A stretch of DNA of 64,000 nucleotides. Origin: Candidatus Aenigmatarchaeota archaeon (GTDB lineage: Archaea; Aenigmatarchaeota; Aenigmatarchaeia; PWEA01; JACQIF01). Under the pieces are notes generated by a model that searched no databases, was not told where the DNA came from, and was given only the letters and a program-made list of their open reading frames with translations. The stretch covers positions 32,001 through 96,000 of the forward strand of contig CP066684.1 in assembly GCA_016432325.1 (NCBI GenBank), in the 5' to 3' direction. Of the stretch, positions 7,867 to 17,087 are shown in pieces (the stretch's first letter is position 1; each line of letters begins with the position of its first letter). Position numbers and translations under genes: made by a program.

Positions 7867-10356
7867 TCAGACCTTCTTCACAAACTTTCTTATGGTTGCT
7901 TGCGTGCCCATTCCCTTTAACTCTTCTTCTGTCACGCCCAGCACTTGCAGGACGCGCATTCCTGCAGGAACTATCTGGTTGTTTATGTAGTACTCGGCGT
8001 CTGTGCGCTCGACCGACGCGTCTTCGATAGGCTCGGCTCTCTGAGATATTGAACCCTTGCCCTCTGTTATAACATATACCACAATCATGCCCGGTCCATA
8101 TGGCCGCCCGCGCTCCTTTATCTTGCGCGCGGCGACCACGTGCGGGCCTATCTGTTTGTACTCTTCCAAGCGTTTGGTCAGCTGCTCGTGAATCGTGAGC
8201 TCCTTTATATCGACTTTCTTCTTGCGCACGCGTTCTACGACGCTCTTCATGTACGCGATCGCGCCTTCCTTGTCCTTTTTCTTCAGAACGTAGACGAGCA
8301 CGTTTCGCTGCACTTCCTTCGCCAGTTCGCACCAGTCGCGTCGCACAGTTTCGAGGCCGCGTATGGTAAGCGCGCCTTTAGAGTCTATAAGCGCGTAGCG
8401 TTTCTTGGCCGTGCCGCGCTCGGAAAGCTTTGCTTTCCGGCGTGCCGAAGCGGCCTTGCCGTTTCGTGCATAGCCTGCGCCTTTGGGAATGAAGACGCCG
8501 CGCTCGTAGATTCCCTGAAGCTCGAGCTCCATTATTCCGGGCAACTTCTTGTTCATCTGCTCGATGAACTGCGCGGCTGACTTGCCGATGTCCTTGGCCT
8601 TATCTCTTTTGACGAAACACGAATCCGTGTCCGCATAGACGACGGTGAAACCGGCCTTCTCGGCCTCCCCCATCGTTAAACTAATGTAGTATCTTCCGAA
8701 GGCCGCGCTCGCTTCCGCGCATTCGTAGCAGTACCATTTCGCGCCTGTGTATGCTAACGCTCCGTAAGAGGCGTTGGCCACCATCTTCAGCGCCTGCTCC
8801 TCAAGTTTGAGGTCCTTGTACTCTTGGGAGGCAGGCTTTAGCTTTTGCAGGCGTTCCTTGACAGCGACGCGAGCCTCGATTAATCCACGAACAGCCGCGG
8901 AATAGAAACCCTGCTTCTTCTTGCAGAAGTGGCGCTTCATGCCGGGAACTTTGTATCCATCTGTTTTGCAGCAATCGCAGTCCAGCGTCTCCGGGGATAT
9001 GTTGTGCGACGCGATTATCGAAGGATACAGGGAGCGGAAGTCCATCACCGCAATCTTTTCTTGTATTCCGCCGAGAGGCTCCCTGACGAAGCCTCCCACG
9101 TATGCCGGGCGCGCCCGCCGAGCCTCTATCTCGTCGAACCTCGGCTGGTTGGGGCTTATGCGGCCTTCTGCGTGCGCGCGTCTCACCAAATGCCACTCGA
9201 CCAATTGCGAATAAGACATGCGCGAGACGTCGAAAGGCGGCTGTCCCACCACGCGCGCAATCCCAAGAACTTCCGGAAGGAATTCGTTGGCCAGGCGGAA
9301 CGTCAGCTCGGAGTCTTTCAGGTTGTATTCGGCGAACTTTCCCAGATTGCGTTCGCTTCTCCACGCCTCGACCATCTGCTCGTACGCCAGCTCTATCTTT
9401 CTGTCTCCCAGAATCTCCGCCGCGACTGCGTCGAGCGTCAAAGTTTCCGTGTCCAGATGGTATTTCAGAACGTTGTTCACCAGCGCGTAGAGGTCGAGAT
9501 GCACGCGGCCGTTGAGACGCGCTGACGAGACGCGCATGCGGCGTACGGACGTGACCTCTTCGCCGTCTCGCGAAAGCACGAGCTTCACTTTCAGTTCGTC
9601 GCACCGTTCGCGCAGCAGCGCAAAATCAAACTCGTCTCCGTTGTATGTAACGAGAACGTCGGGGTCTGCCTCGTTTATCGTTTCGATTAGTTTTTCGATC
9701 AGTTCCTTCTCGTTGGCCACGACCGTTACGTATGCGCCGTACCTAGCCTTCTTGTAAGTGAAGACGCGTTTCGTGCTGCCGTAGACAGACGCCATGATTA
9801 TGTGCGGTTTGCCTGCCTCTTCGTATGACTCAAGATCGAATGCGAGGACGCGCAGTTTGGGCGCGACTGTCTGTTTCGACTGCGTTATCTTCTCCGCCTT
9901 TACAACCACGCCGAACTTCCAGTCGCTCTTCACGTTTTCGCCGTCGACTTCATACCACGCGCCCGGCGCGAGCGAACGGTCTATCAGATACCGCCTGTAG
10001 AAATTTACCGCATACTCGTAACAGCCGTCGTGTCCTATTTCTTTGAAACTTTTTAATGCGTCGCGGAGGTTAGGCACGTCGGACGGCGTGGACGCGTACA
10101 CCTTGAGGACGTCTCTCTCTTCTGCGCCGAGCTTTCTTTTTACGACTTCGACGCGCGCCACTTTGGGTTCCTTTATCGCGGCGATTCTGTTCTGCAGTTC
10201 TTTCGTCATTGTTTTCGGAACCGCGTAGAGGTAAGGTTCGTATGTATCTAACACGCACACCGAGCGTCCGTTCGCGTCGACTCCGAACAGGCGCACCAGC
10301 GGTCTGCCGTTCTCAACCACGTAGTCGGCGTCCAGAAGGTAAAACGCGAGCTTCAT
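7867..10356 (-). CDS. polB: family B DNA polymerase (PolB3-like)
   Basis: Exo FDLES, YNGDEFD, YNLKD; polymerase DFRSLYPSII, KMVANASYG, YADTDS, KKRYA. Confidence 0.96.
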   Translation of the reverse strand: MKLAFYLLDADYVVENGRPLVRLFGVDANGRSVCVLDTYEPYLYAVPKTMTKELQNRIAAIKEPKVARVEVVKRKLGAEERDVLKVYASTPSDVPNLRDALKSFKEIGHDGCYEYAVNFYRRYLIDRSLAPGAWYEVDGENVKSDWKFGVVVKAEKITQSKQTVAPKLRVLAFDLESYEEAGKPHIIMASVYGSTKRVFTYKKARYGAYVTVVANEKELIEKLIETINEADPDVLVTYNGDEFDFALLRERCDELKVKLVLSRDGEEVTSVRRMRVSSARLNGRVHLDLYALVNNVLKYHLDTETLTLDAVAAEILGDRKIELAYEQMVEAWRSERNLGKFAEYNLKDSELTFRLANEFLPEVLGIARVVGQPPFDVSRMSYSQLVEWHLVRRAHAEGRISPNQPRFDEIEARRARPAYVGGFVREPLGGIQEKIAVMDFRSLYPSIIASHNISPETLDCDCCKTDGYKVPGMKRHFCKKKQGFYSAAVRGLIEARVAVKERLQKLKPASQEYKDLKLEEQALKMVANASYGALAYTGAKWYCYECAEASAAFGRYYISLTMGEAEKAGFTVVYADTDSCFVKRDKAKDIGKSAAQFIEQMNKKLPGIMELELQGIYERGVFIPKGAGYARNGKAASARRKAKLSERGTAKKRYALIDSKGALTIRGLETVRRDWCELAKEVQRNVLVYVLKKKDKEGAIAYMKSVVERVRKKKVDIKELTIHEQLTKRLEEYKQIGPHVVAARKIKERGRPYGPGMIVVYVITEGKGSISQRAEPIEDASVERTDAEYYINNQIVPAGMRVLQVLGVTEEELKGMGTQATIRKFVKKV
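8421..8470. repeat. in-frame double-hairpin insert in polB
   Basis: CGGAAAGC-ttt-GCTTTCCG then CGAAGCGGC-ctt-GCCGTTTCG; encodes extra basic peptide before KKRYA. Confidence 0.6.
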
Positions 10357-10416
10357 GAAGAGACTAGGACCCCGAAATATAAGCGCTTTAAATAGCTATT
10401 TCAAAACCATCTCTCC

Positions 10417-11352
10417 ATGAATCCCGTAAAAGACATCGCGTTTACGAGAGACACCAACGACCTGATAAAGCAGTTCTCCGAATCGGGCGGCTTCACGGCC
10501 AAGAAGCTCGCTGATGGCGTGGACATTCTTGAAACAGCGTCGAAGGAATGTACGCTTATGCTGTCGTTCCCTGCGGCGCTCATAGCTACAGGCACCCGCG
10601 GCGTCGTTCGTGACCTCGTCAAGAACAAACTCGTCTCGGCCATAATGACGACGAGCGGGACTCTGGACCACGACCTCGCGCGCCTGTGGCAGGATTATTA
10701 TCATGGCTCCTTCGACGCGGACGACGCAGAACTGCACAGGAAAGGAATCAACCGCCTTGGAAACATTTTCGTGCCGAACGAGTCTTACGGAGAGGTTCTG
10801 GAACAGAAACTGCAGCCGATGTTCAAGAGACTCTACGACGAAGGCCTGAGAGACTTCTCAACGAGGGAACTTGTCTGGAAAGTAGGCGAGCATATCGCAA
10901 ACGAAAAGAAAGCCGAAGAGTCCATCACGTATTGGGCGTGGAAGAATAAGATACCCATTTTCGTTCCGGGTCCGGCAGACGGGGCGTTCGGCTACCAGCT
11001 CTGGCTCTTCTGGCAGGACGGTCACAAGGACTTCACTGTGAACGTGCTGAAGGACGAGAGCGAACTCAACGCGCTCGTGCACGACGCGAAAAAACTCGCG
11101 GCTCTGATGATAGGAGGCGGAATTTCCAAGCACCACACGATATGGTGGAGCCAGTTCCGCGGCGGGTTGGATTATGCCGTGCAGATCACATCCGCGGTCG
11201 AATGGGACGGTTCGTTGTCCGGCGCGCGCACGCGCGAAGCCGTCTCGTGGGGCAAGATAAAGGAGAAAGCGAAGCACGTCACCATAGAAGGAGACGCGAG
11301 CGTTCTTCTTCCGCTGATGGTTTCTGCGCTGATGCAGAGGCTCAATATTTGA
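10417..11352 (+). CDS. dys: deoxyhypusine synthase
   Basis: GINRLGNIFVPNESY, GGGISKHH, DGSLSGARTREAVSWGKI. Confidence 0.96.
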   Translation: MNPVKDIAFTRDTNDLIKQFSESGGFTAKKLADGVDILETASKECTLMLSFPAALIATGTRGVVRDLVKNKLVSAIMTTSGTLDHDLARLWQDYYHGSFDADDAELHRKGINRLGNIFVPNESYGEVLEQKLQPMFKRLYDEGLRDFSTRELVWKVGEHIANEKKAEESITYWAWKNKIPIFVPGPADGAFGYQLWLFWQDGHKDFTVNVLKDESELNALVHDAKKLAALMIGGGISKHHTIWWSQFRGGLDYAVQITSAVEWDGSLSGARTREAVSWGKIKEKAKHVTIEGDASVLLPLMVSALMQRLNI

Positions 11353-11599
11353 GAATCCAGTATTTCTCTGTTTTATCTCCTGTGTGAACGGTCTCTATTT
11401 CCAACACGCCTTCTTTTGAGAGATCCATGAACCGCTCTCTTATTTCTGGGTCCAAGCCCACGTCAGGTATCTTTCCATCAAGATCCGGTGGGATGGAGAG
11501 TCCGTCCGCCGCTCCGTGTGCTGCTTCATCTGATAGACCGCCTTCTACCAGAACGGAATAGACTCTGTATCTCAAATCCGTTTCTGTTCGAGCGTCCAT
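11342..11599 (-). CDS. hypothetical protein
   Basis: 85 aa acidic ATG ORF. Confidence 0.5.
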   Translation of the reverse strand: MDARTETDLRYRVYSVLVEGGLSDEAAHGAADGLSIPPDLDGKIPDVGLDPEIRERFMDLSKEGVLEIETVHTGDKTEKYWILKY

Positions 11600-11621
11600 G
11601 ACAAAAGATTCCCTCCAACGT

Positions 11622-12629
11622 TTAAATCCCTTTGTTTTGCGAGACTATCGACGCTCCATAGAAAGATCCAAGAACCAGACCCGCGGCGAGAGGAATCCAG
11701 TAGCTTATCAGGCGCTCGATTATTACAGCAGCAGCAGCCGCGTGCAGCGGCACGCCCAGAAGAACGAGTGCTCCAATCATGCCGCCCTCCATCAGGCCGA
11801 GACCGCCGGGCGTCGACGGCACGGTTGACAAGAGCAGGCTGACCCCCAGTACGACAACGATGACGGGCAATCCAACATTCGCCCCGACAGCCGCCAATAC
11901 GAGCGCGAAGCGCAGCATGTCGAAGAACCTCTGGGCGAGAGTGGTCGCGACTGCAATCGAGAGGGCGCGCGGATCCGAAAGACTCTCCTTGAAAACCTTC
12001 TGGAACTTTACGATGCGTGTGCGCAAGTCATGCACGCGGCTCCGTACGTTCGTACTTCTCGAGGACAGCCATTTGAGAGAGCCGTGTGCGAAGCGTGTGT
12101 GCGCGGCGAGAGAGACGAAGACGCCAATCACGACTGTTGCGGCTACGAGGCCCGCTATCATCAATGCAAGAAGCGACGTCTCAACGCCTATTACGAAAGC
12201 GGCTGTCGCGACTGCCACGAACATGGCTGTCAGGGAAACCAAGGCGTCCACGGACAGTTCCGCGGCCACTGTCGCGAGTCCGACACGCATCGGCACACCG
12301 CATTCCCGTTTCAATAGATACGCGCGTACGGGTTCGCCTGCGAACTTGGCCAACGGCGTGACGCCGTTGACGGCCATTCCAACGAACAGGTTGGCGTACA
12401 TGCTCGCGAATGGAACGTTGTAGCCGCTTCGCTGGACGAAAACTTTCCATCTTAATGTCCAGGCGACGGAAGAAAGAATGAACGCCGCGAATGCGAGAGC
12501 GACTATGTTGGGAGGGGCCGATATGAGAAGAGGAGCCAACTGGCCGAGGCCGACTGCGTTAAACTCCACAACAACGGCGACGATTCCAAGAAGAAACAGG
12601 AATACGGCAGCGTACCGTTTGAGAACCAT
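11622..12629 (-). CDS. UPF0104 / lysylphosphatidylglycerol-synthase TM-like flippase
   Basis: RW..TP..GEPVRAYLL, PSTPGGLGLMEG, ERLISYW; multi-TM. Confidence 0.88.
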   Translation of the reverse strand: MVLKRYAAVFLFLLGIVAVVVEFNAVGLGQLAPLLISAPPNIVALAFAAFILSSVAWTLRWKVFVQRSGYNVPFASMYANLFVGMAVNGVTPLAKFAGEPVRAYLLKRECGVPMRVGLATVAAELSVDALVSLTAMFVAVATAAFVIGVETSLLALMIAGLVAATVVIGVFVSLAAHTRFAHGSLKWLSSRSTNVRSRVHDLRTRIVKFQKVFKESLSDPRALSIAVATTLAQRFFDMLRFALVLAAVGANVGLPVIVVVLGVSLLLSTVPSTPGGLGLMEGGMIGALVLLGVPLHAAAAAVIIERLISYWIPLAAGLVLGSFYGASIVSQNKGI

Positions 12630-12688
12630 GGCACTATTGGCGTGTGCAGCAATAAATGGTTTAAATCGTTTCCACTTCCAATATAGTT

Positions 12689-13222
12689 ATGCCAATAAAG
12701 GGTCGTGTTCATCAGCTAAGCGTAAAGCCAAGCACGCCGGGAGAAGTGGGCCTGCCCAAACTTGCTATTCCTCAGGCGGCAGTCACGCGTCTCGGAATGG
12801 CCGGTGATTACAATCAGTATAGGCAGGAAGTGCACGAGCCTCTCGGAGACGAGAGAATGGCACTGCTTTTGATGCCGCTTGAAACCATTTGGCAGTTGAA
12901 CGACGAAGACTGGCCTGTCAAGCCCGGAGACCTCGGAGAGAACATAACAACAGAGGGCATTCCTTACGGTGCTTTCGGAACGCAGATCAATAAGGGCCTC
13001 AAGTACGAACTGATCTCCGGCCACACGTTCAATATAGGGAACGACCTTGTTGCAGAGGTGGCCAAAGTCTGCAATCCCTGCCATAATCTCATGGAGCTCC
13101 CGTACGTCGGGAAGGAGAACTTCGCGGAGTTTTGCCGGACGCTTCTCGGAAGACGCGGTTGGTACGCGAGAGTTCTGGACGAGGGAACAGTGGATAGAGG
13201 AGCTCGAATCACACGGTTGTAG
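12689..13222 (+). CDS. MOSC domain protein (YiiM-like)
   Basis: GLPK, PGDLGENITTEG, PCxxL, RRGWYARVLDEG. Confidence 0.88.
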   Translation: MPIKGRVHQLSVKPSTPGEVGLPKLAIPQAAVTRLGMAGDYNQYRQEVHEPLGDERMALLLMPLETIWQLNDEDWPVKPGDLGENITTEGIPYGAFGTQINKGLKYELISGHTFNIGNDLVAEVAKVCNPCHNLMELPYVGKENFAEFCRTLLGRRGWYARVLDEGTVDRGARITRL

Positions 13223-13223
13223 T

Positions 13224-14435
13224 TTATACCAGCGCCGTCGCCAGCTTCAGGAGAGAAGGCTTCTTCATGAGCACTTTCGCAAGAACGCTCAACCTTTTGC
13301 CGTGGCAAAGCTCCATTATGGTCTCCCCGTCCAGGCTGTCCGCGAGCATGTCCATGTCCTCGTCGGCTATCTTCTCCATCACTTCGCGCACTTTTTCCAC
13401 ATTGCGGAGCATGTTCCCGCGCTCTGTCCACCAGCGTTCGTTGTACGTTGCGAGCGCCTTCGCCGAGAAGTCGTTCTTCTGTTTGGCCTCTGCGAGCACG
13501 TGCCCCAGTATGTAGCCGGCTCTCTGGGCTTCGCCTATCCCGCCGCCGTGTATCGGGTTCACCTGGTGAGCCGCGTCTCCGACAGCCGCGAAGCCGTTCA
13601 GAACCATGTTCTTCAGGAAGCCTCCGACAGGGATGCCTCCGCATACGGTGTTGACGATAGAACCTTTCCTTATACCGGGCTGCGTCGCAATCCACGCGTC
13701 CAGATATTGTTTGGCCGTCTTCTCGTAGCCCATGGAACCGATGCCTATACCGACGTTCGCGCGGTCGTCGCCCTTGGGGAATATCCAGACGTAGCCGCGC
13801 GGCGAAATCTTCGAGCCGAAGTATATTATGAGCTTGCGCGGATCCTCCATCTCGATGTCGACCATCTCGTACTGGTAGCCCGAGTCAGTCGTCTTCAGCA
13901 TCAGCGTCGAGCGCAAGCCGGCCATGCGCGTGATGCGTCCTTCGACGCCGTCCGCCCCGACAACGGCGTTGCACTTTATCTCGAAATCATCGCTCTCAAA
14001 GTTGCCTTTGACGCCTGTTATGTACGTTTCTCCGTTCTTCTGTTCCTTGACGAGTTGCGTAATCTCGGTTTTGGCTTGCACGTACGCGCCTTTGCGCGCC
14101 GCCTGCTGCGCGAGCCACGCGTCATACATCTTGCGTTCGAGAATATAACCGACTGTCTCTCCAAAGTCTATGACGACCTTCTTGCCGTTTGGAGAATAGA
14201 CTATCGCGCCGTCTATCTCCTGCGCGTAGACCTGGCGAGGAAGCTTGTCGACCATTCCCAGCGCTTGGACCGCGTAGATGCTCAGGCCTTCGCCGCATCG
14301 GACAGGGATTCCTATTTCCTGACGTTTTTCTAGAAGTGCGGTCTTGAGTCCGAGCTCTGCGCACTTGCGCGCTGTGGCCGAACCGCCTGGTCCTGCGCCC
14401 ACGACAACAACATCATATTCAGAACCCAGAACCAT
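13224..14435 (-). CDS. digeranylgeranylglycerophospholipid reductase (GGR)
   Basis: GAGPGG FAD motif, PVRCGEG, GYVWIFPKG, GDAA..GGGI. Confidence 0.92.
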   Translation of the reverse strand: MVLGSEYDVVVVGAGPGGSATARKCAELGLKTALLEKRQEIGIPVRCGEGLSIYAVQALGMVDKLPRQVYAQEIDGAIVYSPNGKKVVIDFGETVGYILERKMYDAWLAQQAARKGAYVQAKTEITQLVKEQKNGETYITGVKGNFESDDFEIKCNAVVGADGVEGRITRMAGLRSTLMLKTTDSGYQYEMVDIEMEDPRKLIIYFGSKISPRGYVWIFPKGDDRANVGIGIGSMGYEKTAKQYLDAWIATQPGIRKGSIVNTVCGGIPVGGFLKNMVLNGFAAVGDAAHQVNPIHGGGIGEAQRAGYILGHVLAEAKQKNDFSAKALATYNERWWTERGNMLRNVEKVREVMEKIADEDMDMLADSLDGETIMELCHGKRLSVLAKVLMKKPSLLKLATALV

Positions 14436-14444
14436 ATGTTCACC

Positions 14445-14672
14445 TTAATGAGCGTGTTGCTTTGCCTTCGGGGGCTCGACTTTGATGCATCCTATCGGGC
14501 AGACCTTCTCGCAGAGCGTGCAGTGCGTGCACTTCTCCTCTATGAAATGTATTCCCCCGCGTTCCGTGAGGTCCAGCGCGAGAGGCGGGCACACGCCCAC
14601 GCAAGCGCCGCATCTGAGGCACTTGTCGTCGTCTATCGTCCAGCCCTGTTCCTGTCTGATGCCTTGATCCAT
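14445..14672 (-). CDS. 2x[4Fe-4S] ferredoxin
   Basis: Two CxxCxxCxxxCP motifs; AGGTGA SD before ATG 14672; upstream of GGR. Confidence 0.9.
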   Translation of the reverse strand: MDQGIRQEQGWTIDDDKCLRCGACVGVCPPLALDLTERGGIHFIEEKCTHCTLCEKVCPIGCIKVEPPKAKQHAH

Positions 14673-14677
14673 GAACT

Positions 14678-14726
14678 TCACCTTTTCCTCATGGACTTTT
14701 GAAACAGCAGTTTCATTTGGTCCATG
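14678..14726 (-). promoter_or_regulatory. structured leader plus 15-codon uORF (MDQMKLLFQKSMRKR) before ferredoxin
   Basis: CATGGAC-caaa-TGAAAC-tgct-GTTTCA-aaa-GTCCATG; near-identical copy at 40161-40197. Confidence 0.7.
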
Positions 14727-14814
14727 CGTTACGTGAGACGCGCGTCTTAAATAGGTTGTGTCGGCGAAGTTTTGATTTGTGTGTTTCAGGAGTAAACGAG
14801 ATGGCACCATTTTC

Positions 14815-16128
14815 TTAAGGAACCAGCCTCTTCATGTCATGCGGGACGAACGTGACCTCGCGCACGTTCTTGACGCCGAGCATCTGCATGAGGAATCTCG
14901 TGAGACCGAAGCCCAGGCCGCCGTGCGGAGGCGTGCCGTAGCGGAAGAAGTCCAGATAAAACTGGACGTTTTCCATCTTCATCTTCTTTTCTGCCGCTTG
15001 CTTGAGCAGAACGTCATAACGGTGCTCGCGCTGCGAGCCTGATGTTATCTCCAGTCCCTTCCACAGCAGGTCGAAGCTTTTCGTAACTGCAGGATTCTTC
15101 TCGTTTCTCATGGTGTAGAACGGGCGAACGGCCCACGGGAACTCTGTCAGGAAAACGAACTCGTGTTTCTTCTTTTCCTGTATGTGCGTGCCCATCAGCT
15201 TCTCGCCTTCCGAATCGAGATCGGTGAAGTCATGCGTCTCCGCGGGAGCGCGGCCCGTTATCTTGTGGGCCTCCTTGATTGTGACGCGCGGGAAGGGCGT
15301 TTCCGGAACGACCACATCGACGCCGAACGCCTCCTTGATTTCAGAACCGAACTGCTTCTTGACGGATTCGAGGACGTGAACTATCATCTTCTCTTCATGC
15401 GCCATCACATCTTCTTCCGAATCTAGCCACGACATCTCGGCGTCCACTGACGTGTATTCAGTGTCGTGGCGGCTCGTCTCCGAAGGGTTCGCGCGGAAGA
15501 CCGGTGCAATCTCAAAGACTTTCTCAAAGCCGGCCATCATCGCCATCTGCTTGTAGAACTGCGGCGACTGTGCTAGGTAGCCGCTCCTGCCGAAGTACTC
15601 GACCTCGAACAGTTCTGCGCCCGTCTCGCTCGGAGAGCCCATTATCTTGGGAGAGTGTATCTCGATGAAGCCGTTCTTCAGCCAGAACTCGCGCATCGCG
15701 GCCTCGACAGCGGTCTGAATCCTAAATACCAGTAGGTTCTTCGGACTGCGCAGGTCCAGATATCTCCAGTCCAGCCGTTTGTCCAAACCCGTCGGCGTAT
15801 TGCCCCAGACGTCTATGGGCAGAGGCGTTTCGCTGCGCGAGAGTACGCTCCACTCCTTTACGACGAGCTCGTTCTCTCCCGACTTCACTTTGCCGCGGAC
15901 GACGTCGCCTGTGGCGGCGATGACGCTCTCGGGCGTGAGATTCTTCACCGACTCAAAATCTTTCACGTCGGGTTTGAAAGTCAGTTGGATAGTGCCCGAA
16001 CTATCGCGCAGTATTACGAAAGCAAGCTTTCCGACAGCACGGACGCTCTTTACCCAGCCTGCGACTGTCGCGTCGCCCTCGCTCTTCTTCGCATCTTCGG
16101 CGTGCAGACGCTTCTGAAGACGTACCAT
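14815..16128 (-). CDS. aspS: aspartyl-tRNA synthetase (archaeal type, probably non-discriminating)
   Basis: RLDWRYLDLR, LAQSPQFYKQ, FRAN..RH, GLEITSGSQREH, PPHGG. Confidence 0.95.
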   Translation of the reverse strand: MVRLQKRLHAEDAKKSEGDATVAGWVKSVRAVGKLAFVILRDSSGTIQLTFKPDVKDFESVKNLTPESVIAATGDVVRGKVKSGENELVVKEWSVLSRSETPLPIDVWGNTPTGLDKRLDWRYLDLRSPKNLLVFRIQTAVEAAMREFWLKNGFIEIHSPKIMGSPSETGAELFEVEYFGRSGYLAQSPQFYKQMAMMAGFEKVFEIAPVFRANPSETSRHDTEYTSVDAEMSWLDSEEDVMAHEEKMIVHVLESVKKQFGSEIKEAFGVDVVVPETPFPRVTIKEAHKITGRAPAETHDFTDLDSEGEKLMGTHIQEKKKHEFVFLTEFPWAVRPFYTMRNEKNPAVTKSFDLLWKGLEITSGSQREHRYDVLLKQAAEKKMKMENVQFYLDFFRYGTPPHGGLGFGLTRFLMQMLGVKNVREVTFVPHDMKRLVP

Positions 16129-16133
16129 GGAAA

Positions 16134-16361
16134 TCACAGGTTTGTAGCGAGGGTCCACACGATTATCCAGATGAAGACATACATGAAGGCCAGTCCCAGC
16201 GCCTTCTTCTTGAAGTCAGGGACTTTCTTGGTCAGTTGCGCGGCTGCAAGAAACGCCACTATTCCAAGCGCGTATGCGGCGTATTTGGGAACGAATGCCG
16301 AAATTGCGCCGACTGCTATGGCCAGCGCCACATACACCAAGTTGAGTTTCCTGTCGTCCAT
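16134..16361 (-). CDS. small membrane protein, archaeal EMC6-like (DUF5379)
   Basis: Three TM segments, C-terminal YVFIWIIVWTL signature. Confidence 0.7.
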   Translation of the reverse strand: MDDRKLNLVYVALAIAVGAISAFVPKYAAYALGIVAFLAAAQLTKKVPDFKKKALGLAFMYVFIWIIVWTLATNL

Positions 16362-16448
16362 TTGCCGAACCTCGCGAGTAAGACCCGAGACTCGTCCCGG
16401 GACAGGTCGCTATTTATAACGGGGATTTAAATATACAAGGGAAAGACG

Positions 16449-17054
16449 ATGTTGCGATATCTCGTGGTGCTGCTTCTCGCCGTCGCATTCATCTTGGCTG
16501 CCAACGAAGCCGAAGCCCAACAGCAGACCGAGCTGCGCCTCTTCGTAGAGGCTTCGATAGGCGTCTCTGTGGAAGCGCCGGACAAGGTTACGCTCAACCT
16601 CGGAGAGCCCGGCGGTTTCTTCATGACCATCGTGAACGAGGGGAACATCCGCGACAAGATACGCGTCGAAGGCGCGCTGGTCCCGAAAAACGACTGGGTG
16701 GATTTCGCGTTCGCCTGCACAGGCGGTCTGGGGGAATGCGACTCCGTGCTGGGTTCCGGCATGCACACCATAGACAACATCGAGCTGACGCCTGAGATAA
16801 ACTCGACCACGGTTTTCGTCGAGATGGAAGGATGGAGAAAGACGTCCACGTTCTCTAAGGCGAACAAGCCCGTTCTCGCGCTCACCGGATACTCGCTGAC
16901 GAATTCTACAAAACAGAGCCTGAAGGCGATAGAGGTCGACGTAGTGGACCCCAACGCAAGCTTCGGTCCCCTTGCCGCGCCTGAGCTGAATCCGTACGCG
17001 AGCATAGCCCTGATGGTTCTCGCCGGAATGATTGCATACCGCGGCACCTTCTAG
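16449..17054 (+). CDS. secreted, C-terminally anchored surface protein
   Basis: Signal peptide, beta-rich/Ig-like middle (IVNEGNIRD), APEL plus C-terminal TM. Confidence 0.75.
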   Translation: MLRYLVVLLLAVAFILAANEAEAQQQTELRLFVEASIGVSVEAPDKVTLNLGEPGGFFMTIVNEGNIRDKIRVEGALVPKNDWVDFAFACTGGLGECDSVLGSGMHTIDNIELTPEINSTTVFVEMEGWRKTSTFSKANKPVLALTGYSLTNSTKQSLKAIEVDVVDPNASFGPLAAPELNPYASIALMVLAGMIAYRGTF

Positions 17055-17087
17055 CTCTTTTTATAACAGCGCGTCATACGTTCGCTT

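Noticed and set aside
7208-8332. 374-aa HAD protein with long N-terminus
   Set aside because: The extension is an alternative frame of polB; the HAD motif begins after ATG 7864.
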